A stretch of 50,909 nt of DNA from a virus (Duplodnaviria; Caudoviricetes): IMG/VR virus record IMGVR_UViG_3300008108_004916, positions 1-50,909 of that record; one strand, written 5' to 3'. Made by a program: the position numbers and the translations under genes. This document shows positions 30,001 through 39,748 of this stretch, piece by piece. Numbering within the stretch: the stretch's first letter is position 1; every line of letters starts with the position of its first letter. The notes beneath the pieces were generated by a model, which saw only the letters and a program-made list of their open reading frames with translations, had not been told where the DNA came from and did no database searches.

Positions 30001-32237
30001 TAATCTACATTTATTTTTGTTGTATCAATACCTATTTTTGAAATGTAATTATTAAGTAATTGAGTTGATGTTGCAGAACCAGAAGCTAGTAAATCATCAA
30101 ATACTTTATATCCGATTCCATTATCAGCTTCTAAACTAAAATTAGGACCTTTTAATGGTGTACAATATTCTTTAAGTTCAGGAATTAAAGTAACTGTTTC
30201 AATGATTGGATTTGATTGTGGTTTAGTAATCCATACTAATTGATTTTCCTGAACGCTTGTTGGTAGCGATTCGTATAATTTTACAATTACAGTTTCTTCA
30301 CTACCAGTCCATGTTGTAATTACTTTATTATCACCACTTCCAAAATGCAAAAGATGAGTTAAATACTTAGATGAATCATCATCAGGATTTATACTATCAA
30401 TTTGTTTTTTGAATCCTTCCGCTATTCTATTAAGTGCAACTACTCTTGGTATAGTTAGTTGGTTTTTTATAAATTTAATAGAAATAATTTCTTCTTTGCC
30501 AATTACAACCTCTTTACCACTAATATTATAAGGAACTAATTTTAGTTGAAAAGAAATAAATTCATCATCTTCTGAATAATTTCCGTTTAATTGTTCTAAT
30601 ATCTTTTGAACATTCAGAGTATATGTACTTGTAGCTCCTATTTGAACATAAGATTGTCCTGAATATATTCTAACATAATCTGCGCTTACCGATTCCCAAG
30701 ATATTTGAAAATTTACATTAGTTCCAACATAATCAGGTCCTCTTAATTCAGAAGGATATTTAATATTTCTAATATCAGGAACTCCAACAAATACATCATC
30801 TACAACCCTATAATTTACGTTTATAGGTTCTCCATCACCTTCAGAATTTGATGGTACTAAAACAATTCTATAAACACCTATTGTAGTAATTGCTCTAGCA
30901 GGTATTGTTATTCCTATTGGTGCTCTCCTAACAAATATAGATTCCGATGGAGAAATGTTATATTGTTCTAAATCAGAAAATTCAAATTTTTGTTCATTTA
31001 CATAAACAGTAATTTTTTCAAGACCTTGTCCAACATTTATTACTCCTATTGGAATATCTGCTTTGGTATTAATATTATAAATTCTATCTACATCAGAATT
31101 TGCTAATTCAATTTTAGGAATTGGTTTTGTTAATAAAGTAACATCAGCGGTTGTTATTATTAAATTATAATTTCTATCTAAAATAAGTTGTCCGCTAACA
31201 CTTTCTTCTACCCTTCTAAATCCAGCTACTTCTGAAGAAACTTCGCTTATTAAAGTTTCTCTACCTTCAGCGCTTGTTTCAATTCTAGTAATTCTATACT
31301 TTTCTAAATCAGATGATGCGATTGAAAAAGTTTCTCCAGAAGTTCCTGTTAATGTATTTAATCCTTGTTTTAATGTAATATTTGTTTGAGAATTTTGTAT
31401 TACATTTACTTTATCATCCGAATCTACTGTTATAGTAATTGTATAAGTATCTTCTATTGGTTGAATATCTCTAGGAGGTTTTGTTACTAAATTAAAATTA
31501 AGATTAATTATTTGTTCATTGGCATCATAAATAAAATCTTGCCTTACATCAAAATTATAATATGTAATTCTATATTTGTAAGGTTTTACGTTTCCGTATG
31601 TAAAAGTTGAATATTGAAATTGTACACCGCCAACAAATTGCTGTCTTCCAATATTTTGTGCATTAAAAGAATTAAAACTTTCTGGTTGCCCTGTTATTGG
31701 ATTAAAATTAGTATTAAAATTTTGATATCCATATAAACTACTTGCCGGGTCTACGTTTATATTTTGTACAATTGGTACAAAGTCTTGATTATTGATAACA
31801 TCAATTACATATTTATCGCCAGATACATACCCCTCTTTTTGAATTGTAATTTCTTTTCGTCCACCATCTGAAACCAAAACATCGCTTAATAAAAATGATG
31901 TTTGTTGTGGAGTTGTTTTATATGTATTTTCACCATTAATAAAAATAGCGGCTCCATTTTCATTTGATGTAATATTAAATAATTTACTATCATCTGAATT
32001 TATACCACCCAAAATATTAGGAACAACCGGTGGTAATACATTAGCCGGTGGTTGTGTTCCTACCGGAGTAGATGCACCCCCACCGCCACCACCATAATTT
32101 ATAAGCAATCCGCTATTAGGGTCATTAATACCACTAGAAATGCCAATTAAATTTTGTTGCATCCAAGTTGTATCAACATATCCACCCATATTTTGTGGTG
32201 TTGTAAAAATTCCTATATCTCCTGAGTATGCCGGCAT
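27036..32237 (-). CDS. Large baseplate wedge-like structural protein (P2 gpI/T4 gp7-like segment plus a LamG-like domain)
   Basis: IPQYL...FLDMIG, LPYLLKHKGTARAM, and TIEFRFK...YSGTIDEFRLW. Lies downstream of gp6. Confidence 0.65.
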   Translation of the reverse strand: MPAYSGDIGIFTTPQNMGGYVDTTWMQQNLIGISSGINDPNSGLLINYGGGGGGASTPVGTQPPANVLPPVVPNILGGINSDDSKLFNITSNENGAAIFINGENTYKTTPQQTSFLLSDVLVSDGGRKEITIQKEGYVSGDKYVIDVINNQDFVPIVQNINVDPASSLYGYQNFNTNFNPITGQPESFNSFNAQNIGRQQFVGGVQFQYSTFTYGNVKPYKYRITYYNFDVRQDFIYDANEQIINLNFNLVTKPPRDIQPIEDTYTITITVDSDDKVNVIQNSQTNITLKQGLNTLTGTSGETFSIASSDLEKYRITRIETSAEGRETLISEVSSEVAGFRRVEESVSGQLILDRNYNLIITTADVTLLTKPIPKIELANSDVDRIYNINTKADIPIGVINVGQGLEKITVYVNEQKFEFSDLEQYNISPSESIFVRRAPIGITIPARAITTIGVYRIVLVPSNSEGDGEPINVNYRVVDDVFVGVPDIRNIKYPSELRGPDYVGTNVNFQISWESVSADYVRIYSGQSYVQIGATSTYTLNVQKILEQLNGNYSEDDEFISFQLKLVPYNISGKEVVIGKEEIISIKFIKNQLTIPRVVALNRIAEGFKKQIDSINPDDDSSKYLTHLLHFGSGDNKVITTWTGSEETVIVKLYESLPTSVQENQLVWITKPQSNPIIETVTLIPELKEYCTPLKGPNFSLEADNGIGYKVFDDLLASGSATSTQLLNNYISKIGIDTTKINVDYISGSEYMFENFTNFSSAEERINNFIYKVQLIENYQDRYDVLANSNVSNSNWTSSVSVISEFTKNLDSINEIKRNFDGFENWLYTDTSSSLSYPKTAGVPKASTTNDVQLWYDLIIAEAQTYDKENPNYLVNNIPQYLTEDYENKDFITFLDMIGYHFDNIWTAINGLNKNRDLQHSPTKGMMNQMVYHMLESFGWEGRRAFDSQFLWEYALGKNKDGSQKYSMPLYKANEEVWRRILNNLPYLLKHKGTARAMKAIMACYGVPQSMLTIMEFGGPQNPAENATTEFTFDDRTAAILLNQTSSIRVPWHVTPTTSEYPTTIEFRFKPSEIVSKATLISGSEWTLDLVQTTGSFGKLEFNFGGNDALQPYFATSGPNTPYIVSTITYAYGPDLKTGSLDFPISTEYYSNVAINRYNYAGTGSLFEVWLNTTDGKRITTSVSMSILYNDNQWETGSNILIGGDGYSGTIDEFRLWKVPLERSKFDNHSKFPDAINGNSYTASTSDLLYRLDFEYPKDRTSDVNIKNVAINTEYGETYAYAQNFYSASSYPFQYEPYDRTVTANVPSLGFTYGNKIRFEDVELVSDLSYKVRATKKSFDRAPIDSSRLGLFFSPIKELNMDILKTFGDFNIDNYIGDPSDEYKENYKSLEELREYYFERLDRNIYEYIQLVRYIDKSLFDVLADLAPARAKISKGLLIEPHFLERSKVRWDKPVSERNDYETSINIDNNNEIEFSYESKDALLMVSDETKLDFELSNWDSEINVKDATLLETETPFYDSTIEYNTEEFLEASVPMYNVEIQAPTGETLTGFYDSFDFQQIGMDRNSLSNIGFGLFGVGGKTKITYFDEVFGNTTSSIQNVYITKNQFTYKVPTQVAGYPVNGAQPGDQVIYEDVSNTGFEYKVSIVPLTISVSTGGDIIESNVLNGYLPSHYRFTNNLGEGLQRSYFKGSQQTSATTPDGLPAVETFTTNPNILRVAKTGRGSGEPILEVD

Positions 32238-32241
32238 TTTT

Positions 32242-33555
32242 TTATTTTATATTATTTCTTGTTTTTCTACTACCCAATATACGTTCTTTACCTAACCCCG
32301 TACCCAAATCACCATATCCAAATTGTCCTTCTGTACCATCAAATGTAACGCCGCCTCCGCCACCACCGCCCGTTGATACCACATCTTTAACTATTGTATC
32401 ACTTGATTTTGGTGGTAATACATCACCATCTGGAGTGACGAATATTGGTGGTGGTGGTGGTAATTCTATTATACCAAATATTGGTTTATCTACTGGGTCT
32501 ATAACAATTGGTGGTAATTCTATTTTCTTTTTTTCAATTAAAACTAATTCTTTATCAGTTATTACTGCTTTTTGTCTTGTTGCTGTTCTTATCACAGGAT
32601 TTTTTGTATCAACAGATATATCAGACTCCGTTCTTTGTAAAACTTGTCCTACAATATCTAAACTTTCATCTGTTACTAATTGTTCTTCATTTGCCAATCT
32701 AACAACAGGAGTTGATAAATAATAATCAATTGCTTTTATGACTAAATTAAAACAAAGTCCTTTAATTGTACTTTTTGATAATTCAATAAGAGGTTTAGTA
32801 CCTTTTGGTTTTCCATAATTTAAGTCCTTAACATCTGATATTCTATTTGTAAATTCATATAATGCCGATTCTACAAATTTTTTGTGTACATTTGTACAAA
32901 ATAAATCAAAATTTTGAATATTAAATTCTGATTTTAATTTATTATACCAATCTTCTGAATATTTTTCTTTTATAAAAGATGATATTAGTGATGGATTAAT
33001 TTCTTCTATTAAATTTATAGCATATGCAATTGTATCTTCTCTAAATTCGCCATCTCTCATAAAAACACCATATCTTTCAAACAAATCAGTACCCAAAGTT
33101 TCAGGTCTTCTTAATGGTAATAATCTTACTTCTGTTCTTGATGGTGATATTTCTGAAATCCAAAGTTTATCATATTTTTTATTACTTCCAACTCTGTGAT
33201 TTAATAAAGTAATTTGTACTTTGAATATTCCATTATCATACCCACCCTCTTTGATAATTCTTTCAATATCTATAAAATATTCTTTTGGAAAATTATACAT
33301 TTGAAATATAGTACCATCTGCAATCAAAAAATAATCTCTTATATTTTCTGTTGTCATTGGTATATACCTTGCTAAACCAAAAGTAGATTGCGGTAATTGA
33401 TTATCATTTACATCGTAAACTAAAACTTCGATAGCATCATTATCACTAAATCCAAAGAAAGTTTGCAAATCTCCTCTTTCAAAGATTTCTCTATCTCTGC
33501 TTTCTATTCTATACCCTTTAGTTTCTATAATATCTTTGAATGATTGTATTGCCAT
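32242..33555 (-). CDS. Hypothetical baseplate-region protein
   Basis: Long ORF in the structural operon with ISEISPSRTEVRL and a Pro/Gly-rich tail. Confidence 0.65.
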   Translation of the reverse strand: MAIQSFKDIIETKGYRIESRDREIFERGDLQTFFGFSDNDAIEVLVYDVNDNQLPQSTFGLARYIPMTTENIRDYFLIADGTIFQMYNFPKEYFIDIERIIKEGGYDNGIFKVQITLLNHRVGSNKKYDKLWISEISPSRTEVRLLPLRRPETLGTDLFERYGVFMRDGEFREDTIAYAINLIEEINPSLISSFIKEKYSEDWYNKLKSEFNIQNFDLFCTNVHKKFVESALYEFTNRISDVKDLNYGKPKGTKPLIELSKSTIKGLCFNLVIKAIDYYLSTPVVRLANEEQLVTDESLDIVGQVLQRTESDISVDTKNPVIRTATRQKAVITDKELVLIEKKKIELPPIVIDPVDKPIFGIIELPPPPPIFVTPDGDVLPPKSSDTIVKDVVSTGGGGGGGVTFDGTEGQFGYGDLGTGLGKERILGSRKTRNNIK

Positions 33556-33561
33556 AATTTA

Positions 33562-34575
33562 TTATCCCCATTTATCACCTCTCATCTTTTGAATCGAAGT
33601 TGTGAAAGTTATACTACCTTTTGGTGATTTTATTATAAGTGTGCCTGTATATTCTTTATCTCCAACAAGCCCCACACCTGCTTTTGGTGCGAAACTATCA
33701 ACTTCTCTAGTTATCATATCAACTTTAATTACCTTTTCCTCACCACCAGCTAAATCTAAGTTTGGTATGTTTGCAAATCCTTTAGCATTATTTCCTTCAA
33801 ATTTGAATGATATAGTAGCTTTATCTTTAGTAAAGTTTTTAATTTGAATATCAGGTCCATTTATAAAAGAACCCCTTCCATCATCTTTAGCTCTACCTCT
33901 GAATGTTATCTCATTATACTTTTCATCACCTTTAGTAAGTACTTTAGCTGCTATATCATCTGTTACCTTTGCACCTTCTGCTTGTTTAGCTTGCTTACCA
34001 AATAATTGGTCTCTAAGAACATCATTTTGCTCTTTTAACGATTGATTTCTTGCAAATAAAGAAACTCTTTGAATAGCTTCTGCAGTTCCTTTTTGAATTG
34101 CATTTTGTAATTCTACAATTGTTGATTGAATTTTAGATGTTGTTTGTGTTGTTTGATTTTGTGCAGATGCAGCTAATAAAGATTGATTATCAACATCTAC
34201 TCTTAAACTTTGACTTATAATTTCTAATTCTTTTACCTTTGCGCTTAAATCTAAAATAGTTCCGTTCAATACTGTTATTTCTACATTCAAATCAATAATA
34301 GATTGTGTAGCTATATTATAAATTGAACGAAGGACCATATCTGGTAATTCAGGAGGTCTTATAGGTATTAATTCAACAATATTTGTATCAATTGATTTTA
34401 TTAATTCTGCTGTATCGTATTTTGGTTTTACAAGTTTAGCAGAAGTTACGCCATCTTTTTTATCATTTTCTTCAAAGTAATGAATGCCCGCAGCCGTCTT
34501 TGGTTTGATTCCTAAAGAACCACTTACCAAAATTTTTCCAACTAATTCTTCGTTTTTTAATCCGGCTTTTATCAT
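33562..34575 (-). CDS. Hypothetical structural protein (coiled coil plus beta-rich C-terminus)
   Basis: Heptad-like central region and operon context. Confidence 0.6.
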   Translation of the reverse strand: MIKAGLKNEELVGKILVSGSLGIKPKTAAGIHYFEENDKKDGVTSAKLVKPKYDTAELIKSIDTNIVELIPIRPPELPDMVLRSIYNIATQSIIDLNVEITVLNGTILDLSAKVKELEIISQSLRVDVDNQSLLAASAQNQTTQTTSKIQSTIVELQNAIQKGTAEAIQRVSLFARNQSLKEQNDVLRDQLFGKQAKQAEGAKVTDDIAAKVLTKGDEKYNEITFRGRAKDDGRGSFINGPDIQIKNFTKDKATISFKFEGNNAKGFANIPNLDLAGGEEKVIKVDMITREVDSFAPKAGVGLVGDKEYTGTLIIKSPKGSITFTTSIQKMRGDKWG

Positions 34576-34576
34576 A

Positions 34577-35662
34577 TTAGTTAGTAATACTAAAAGTTAT
34601 ATCATTATCAAAATACTCTGTGTAACCATTTATTTCTATCTTAAATTCAATTTTATAAATTCTGTTTGACTCCCAGTTTTTGAAATCCAATTTTACAAAG
34701 TTACCATTACTATCACAACTAACTTTAGAATATTCACCAAATGGAATTATAATATCATTTGAATTTAAGTCTCTAATTTGATAATAAGTAGTTTTTGGTA
34801 AGTATTTAGTTACCCCATATGCAAATTCATTAGTAAATGTCTTTACAGGGTATAAATCTCTTGCAAAAATTCTTAATTTAGGTTGAGTATTTAGTCCATA
34901 TTCTTTTTTCAAATTACTAATTCCTATTTTTACACTTTCGGCAGAAACGCTTGATAAAGAACCTGTTTCAAATGTTTGGTCATCCCAACCAATTCTAATT
35001 TTAGGTTGGTGAATTGTATTTGTTTCTTTACTAAAAAGTTTTACAATACCATAATCTTTTGTATCATTTTCTGCTTGAGCAGAGTATCTTAAAATTAAAC
35101 CATCGTTTGGTATAGAACCACTTACCCAAGACTGAACCATTGGTTTTATATTCATAGCTATATCAGCTGTAGAATAAGAGAAAGTTTGATTTGATGAATA
35201 ATTTGTGTACCATGTACCACCAATACCCAAATAAGAACCAGTTGAACCTGCTGCAAAATTTGGAATTATACCATCTGTTGTTGTATCTCCTAACCATCTA
35301 CTTTTACTATCACCTTCCCTATATTTCCAAGTTACACCGCCTGTTGAAATATCATCAAAACGAGTTCCTATACCCATTTGCCAACTTCCTGATATTGGAT
35401 TTGCATAAATTGTATATTCTAAAGGAATTTCTTCACTTTCGGTTTCTCTCATTACAAGAGTCACTTCATCTAATTTAGTATTAGAATTTGAAATAGATTG
35501 AGATAAATAAGTTGTATCAAATTTTATTAATACTCTTGAAGTATCTTTAACACTACCATAATATACTTTACTTATTTCTAATATTTCATCCAAACCAGTA
35601 TTTTGGTCAGGTTGTTGTAAATAAATTGTTGCATCTTTTGATGCTGTTAAAAATTGATACAT
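34577..35662 (-). CDS. Putative structural protein with a DNRLRE-like domain
   Basis: KDATIY....NTG.DEILEI...SRVLIKFD, W..G.IPNDGLIL and FSKET...PKI. Confidence 0.55.
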   Translation of the reverse strand: MYQFLTASKDATIYLQQPDQNTGLDEILEISKVYYGSVKDTSRVLIKFDTTYLSQSISNSNTKLDEVTLVMRETESEEIPLEYTIYANPISGSWQMGIGTRFDDISTGGVTWKYREGDSKSRWLGDTTTDGIIPNFAAGSTGSYLGIGGTWYTNYSSNQTFSYSTADIAMNIKPMVQSWVSGSIPNDGLILRYSAQAENDTKDYGIVKLFSKETNTIHQPKIRIGWDDQTFETGSLSSVSAESVKIGISNLKKEYGLNTQPKLRIFARDLYPVKTFTNEFAYGVTKYLPKTTYYQIRDLNSNDIIIPFGEYSKVSCDSNGNFVKLDFKNWESNRIYKIEFKIEINGYTEYFDNDITFSITN

Positions 35663-35663
35663 A

Positions 35664-37700
35664 TTATCTTACCCTCCCTTTAATATCCGCATCAGGATAT
35701 TTTAATTCAAAAATTGATGGGTCTAAAGATGGATATATAATTTTACCTTTAGTTGCCGCTTGAATATTATATGAATTTGATGAATAACCTTCATTACATT
35801 TATTAATTATTTCTAACATTGGTACTGAAGATACTCCCTCTACATTTGAAATTAATAATTCAACTTCACTTAAATTTATTGTTTGGTTGAATGTCCAATT
35901 TTCTATATTAAAATATGATTTTAATTCATTTATACAATTTGTTAAAACTTCACTTTTGTTATAGTTTTTATATACTAAAATTTCAAAATTAATTCCAATA
36001 TTAATAATAAATCCATCAATCATATTAACACCATCAGTTAAAATTCTATATTCATTCAAATATGTTTTTAAGTTTTCTTTAACACCTCTATTAATTTGTG
36101 TTAGTTTTCCATTATTATCATATCCTAACAAATATAAATTTATAGCAAATGGATTATTTTTTTCATTTTCATTTGATGTTTTACCAATTAAATAATTTCT
36201 TATTTCGTTTTGTATTGCTTCTTTACTTAATTCTTCAGAATCGGGCTTTGAAACAAAAGACATAACCAAATCGGTAAATTCTTGCAATGCGTTTGGTGAT
36301 GCTAAAATTGATGATGGTGAATTATTATCTAATGTTCCATCAGCTGTAGCAAATGCTTTTGCAATAGAACCAAATTTTGCAGGCATAGATAAAGCTCTTA
36401 TTTGATAATCTTTTGCAGTTACTGCTCTGTTTTGTGCTCCAAAATTTGCTAATGCATTTTGTCTTATTTCTTCAACAGTCTCACCACCTCTACCACCAAC
36501 AGCAGCCATATCATTATCAACTGCTACAGAATTTACTATGTTGTTATATATAGCAGTTTCAGTAGCATTAAATGATGTTGTATCTGATTCAAATTCTGTA
36601 GCTCCTAAACGAATTAAAGTGTTTTTTGGTACATTTGATTCAACACCGCCACCAACTAAATATTTTACAGTTATAGTTGTATTTGATGGAGATGTACCAT
36701 ATGTTTTTGTTTTTAGGAAATTAGTTGGGTCAAATGATTCTTCTAATCTATTAATTGAGTTAGGTAATCCCAATCCAACATTTTTAAGGTTTGGTATTAA
36801 TATTTCATCATATGCACTAGGGTCACCTGCACCAAATTGGATTGTAGTTGTACTATTGGAATTTATTTTAGTTACAAATCTTTTTGGAGTTTTTATATTT
36901 TTTAATATGTAAGGTACTGTTGATTTGAATTGGTATAAATCAGGATCATTTATTTCATTATTAGGCTGTTGTGTGAAAACCATCTCTTGTGCCAAATATG
37001 GAACTTCATACCATTTGTTACCATCACTATCTCTTACATCAACAATTTCAATTACATTTGTTTCAGGTAAATCAATAGTTTGAAATGGTTGATATGTACC
37101 AAATGTAAAAGTATTTTCAACAACCGTTGCTGATATTGCCTGAACATATTTTTTTATTAAATAATAAGTAGGTTCTCCAGTATTTCCATCAGTTTGATAA
37201 ACTATTACTTCTCTATCAGTTTCATCATTAAAATCAACAACATCAGTAGTTCTAAATATAACGTCTGTAATCAATGTATTTACTTGCATGCCCTCTTTTA
37301 TTTTTAACAAATACTTTGGGTCTGGTTTATTATTAGTACCAATTCCTATTGATGGTACTAACTGATAAACTGATAACGTTACAACCGCCGGTCCTGTAAC
37401 TTTGGGTTTATATCCAAGATATTGTGATAATGCTAAAACATTTTTTGCATCTTCTGCATAAACCATCATTGATTCTTTAAGCGAATCATCAATATAATAT
37501 GAAAGAACATCTCCTAAATAAGATGCCATTTCAATAAACATCATACCAGGAGAAGCTTCGTTAAAATCAGAATACGTTTTTGGAAAATAAATTTTAGCAA
37601 ATTCAATTAAACTACCTCTAAAACTATCAAAGTCTTTATTGAGATATTTTATATCTTTTCCTTTATTCTTAAAAATTTTATTTGTTGTTTGAAGTGCCAT
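35664..37700 (-). CDS. Baseplate wedge subunit (T4 gp6 / baseplate J-like)
   Basis: KDFDSFR, DFNEASPG, LGYKPK, IQFG.G, YLVGGG and ETVEEIRQNA...AQNRAVTAKDY. Confidence 0.88.
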   Translation of the reverse strand: MALQTTNKIFKNKGKDIKYLNKDFDSFRGSLIEFAKIYFPKTYSDFNEASPGMMFIEMASYLGDVLSYYIDDSLKESMMVYAEDAKNVLALSQYLGYKPKVTGPAVVTLSVYQLVPSIGIGTNNKPDPKYLLKIKEGMQVNTLITDVIFRTTDVVDFNDETDREVIVYQTDGNTGEPTYYLIKKYVQAISATVVENTFTFGTYQPFQTIDLPETNVIEIVDVRDSDGNKWYEVPYLAQEMVFTQQPNNEINDPDLYQFKSTVPYILKNIKTPKRFVTKINSNSTTTIQFGAGDPSAYDEILIPNLKNVGLGLPNSINRLEESFDPTNFLKTKTYGTSPSNTTITVKYLVGGGVESNVPKNTLIRLGATEFESDTTSFNATETAIYNNIVNSVAVDNDMAAVGGRGGETVEEIRQNALANFGAQNRAVTAKDYQIRALSMPAKFGSIAKAFATADGTLDNNSPSSILASPNALQEFTDLVMSFVSKPDSEELSKEAIQNEIRNYLIGKTSNENEKNNPFAINLYLLGYDNNGKLTQINRGVKENLKTYLNEYRILTDGVNMIDGFIINIGINFEILVYKNYNKSEVLTNCINELKSYFNIENWTFNQTINLSEVELLISNVEGVSSVPMLEIINKCNEGYSSNSYNIQAATKGKIIYPSLDPSIFELKYPDADIKGRVR

Positions 37701-37716
37701 TTTTTATTTTTATATT

Positions 37717-38139
37717 TTATACTGTAAATGTTACGGTCTCAAGTTCAGGATTATCTACTAAAGAAAATGTAAGAGATACATTTACTGTATTTGTATCTTT
37801 TAGTGTATCATTTATATCTACAATTAAATCTTCAATAACAACATATGGTAGCCATTTAGTAATAGTTCTTTCTATTTCATTTTCAATTCTTGATTGAGTA
37901 TCATCATCTATTGGTTCAAATAAAAAATTTTCTAAACCAATACCAAACTCAGGTTGCATTACTCTTTCTCCTCTTTTGGTTAATAATAAATTTAATATAT
38001 TTGAACTAATTTGTTGTCTTGTTTGAAAAGATTGATTGAATGCTACGTTTGTAATTTGTATAGGCAAAGTGATACCTATCGCATAATCATTATACGTTTC
38101 GGTATCTTTAACTAACTTTTGACCTAATATTATAGCCAT
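37717..38139 (-). CDS. Baseplate protein gp25 (GPW/gp25 family)
   Basis: NLLLTKRGERVMQPEFG..L..FLFEP...I.KWLP. Confidence 0.9.
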   Translation of the reverse strand: MAIILGQKLVKDTETYNDYAIGITLPIQITNVAFNQSFQTRQQISSNILNLLLTKRGERVMQPEFGIGLENFLFEPIDDDTQSRIENEIERTITKWLPYVVIEDLIVDINDTLKDTNTVNVSLTFSLVDNPELETVTFTV

Positions 38140-38612
38140 TATTTCTTAAATCTTTTAACAAGTTCAGAATAATCTCTATTCAAAGCTTTATCTAATGTTT
38201 CATTACCAGTTTGTACGCCCAATCCGCTTGGTTGAGGTCCTCTAGCTAAATCCCCATAACCCATTTTTTCTGCAATTGCAGTTCTACCAGCAATTGAACC
38301 CATATCAGACGTTCCAAAACTTACAGTTCTATATCCATTATCATTTGAAACAGCTTGTCTAGTTTCATTAAGGATTTGATTAATCATTGGATTTTTACTA
38401 TATGTTTGCTGTTTAATTGTTTTAGGCTCATCTTCACCTAAAATAGCTTTAGCCATACTCAAACCTGTATTTTCTGGTTTTACAACCTTTCCCTCAGCCA
38501 TAAGTTTCTTCATTTCGGCTTTAACCCCCTCTTTAATTAGGGCTGGTAATTGTTGTTTTACCTCTTCTTGAACTAGGATTTGGATAGCTTTCAAAAGTTT
38601 ATCAGTATTCAT
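38139..38612 (-). CDS. Hypothetical protein
   Basis: Start/stop coupled to gp25. Motif at 38632-38639. Confidence 0.7.
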   Translation of the reverse strand: MNTDKLLKAIQILVQEEVKQQLPALIKEGVKAEMKKLMAEGKVVKPENTGLSMAKAILGEDEPKTIKQQTYSKNPMINQILNETRQAVSNDNGYRTVSFGTSDMGSIAGRTAIAEKMGYGDLARGPQPSGLGVQTGNETLDKALNRDYSELVKRFKK

Positions 38613-38672
38613 AGTTGTTTATTGTTATGTTTATAAATATTTAGATACATTATTTTTAAGGATTATTCTATT

Positions 38673-39743
38673 TTACTTACCTTCTGGTGTATAAGTAACA
38701 TAATTACCCCAATATTCCCAATGCCAATTTTCATCAGTACCACTACCATCACATAATCTATATGGATTATACCAACCATATTTTGGACCGTTATTAGATA
38801 ACCACCTATATAATTTAGATGTTTCTCTAGCTGCTCTATTAATTGCACCATTTCCACTTCCACCAACTTCTCTATATAATTCTCCAAAATCTATTGCTCC
38901 ACCCCAACCATGAGGAGATGAACCAGCTTTTGCAATTGTACTACCACTTCCTAAACTTTGTTGATGTGCTAAATCTCTATAAGCTGATGTAATAGTCCAA
39001 CCAATTTTATCCCTAATAGCCTGTTCTTTCATTTTGAAATATTGGCTAGCTGCTTCCGGATGTAATAAGTACCAACCACCAGATCCTTTGTATGTATATC
39101 TTGATTTTGCACCTTTTTCTATCCCAACCATTGCTTCCATAGGAATAAAAGCATTTTTATATTTTTGTCTAAAATCAGGTCCTCCGGGATATGCAGTTGC
39201 TCCAACTTTTCCATAAATTTTAGGAGCTGGTCCTAATGGTGGTGTATTTCCAAAATTTGTATCATTATGTCCTGCTGTTTCTTTTACAACATATTGTTTT
39301 GGTTTGAATCTTGGTCTTGGTGTTGTTTGTTTAGTTGGAAAATCGCCAGGATTTTCAGAAATATTATAATCTGTATTTACATATGTAAACGTTACTTCTA
39401 CTTCTTCATTTATTATTTGAGATTCCGCTGGTTCTTGTGCACCGGGTAAAGTTATTTCATCATTTCTTTCTTCATGTTCTTGTAATTCTTTTCCCTCAAC
39501 AGGTGGAGTATCATCCGTTTCTGGTGTGTCTTGGTCTTCTGCTGTTCCTGCTTCTTGACTAGGTAATGGGCCTTCCACTCTATACCCTGTCCAATTTACA
39601 ACTCCCGGTGCCGGTGGTGGTCCTGGTGGGTAAATTGCAGTTACATTTATTATACCACTTACACTTGTAAGATGTGATTGTGCATAATTTATGAAATCAT
39701 CAACTATTAGTCTTGTATTTTTTGTAGGGTCTATTATTGACAT
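38673..39743 (-). CDS. Virion-associated peptidoglycan peptidase with a C-terminal M15B (VanY-like) domain
   Basis: SAYR....Q, SPHGWGGAID and ENWHWEY zinc-peptidase motifs. Confidence 0.85.
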   Translation of the reverse strand: MSIIDPTKNTRLIVDDFINYAQSHLTSVSGIINVTAIYPPGPPPAPGVVNWTGYRVEGPLPSQEAGTAEDQDTPETDDTPPVEGKELQEHEERNDEITLPGAQEPAESQIINEEVEVTFTYVNTDYNISENPGDFPTKQTTPRPRFKPKQYVVKETAGHNDTNFGNTPPLGPAPKIYGKVGATAYPGGPDFRQKYKNAFIPMEAMVGIEKGAKSRYTYKGSGGWYLLHPEAASQYFKMKEQAIRDKIGWTITSAYRDLAHQQSLGSGSTIAKAGSSPHGWGGAIDFGELYREVGGSGNGAINRAARETSKLYRWLSNNGPKYGWYNPYRLCDGSGTDENWHWEYWGNYVTYTPEGK

Positions 39744-39748
39744 AATTT

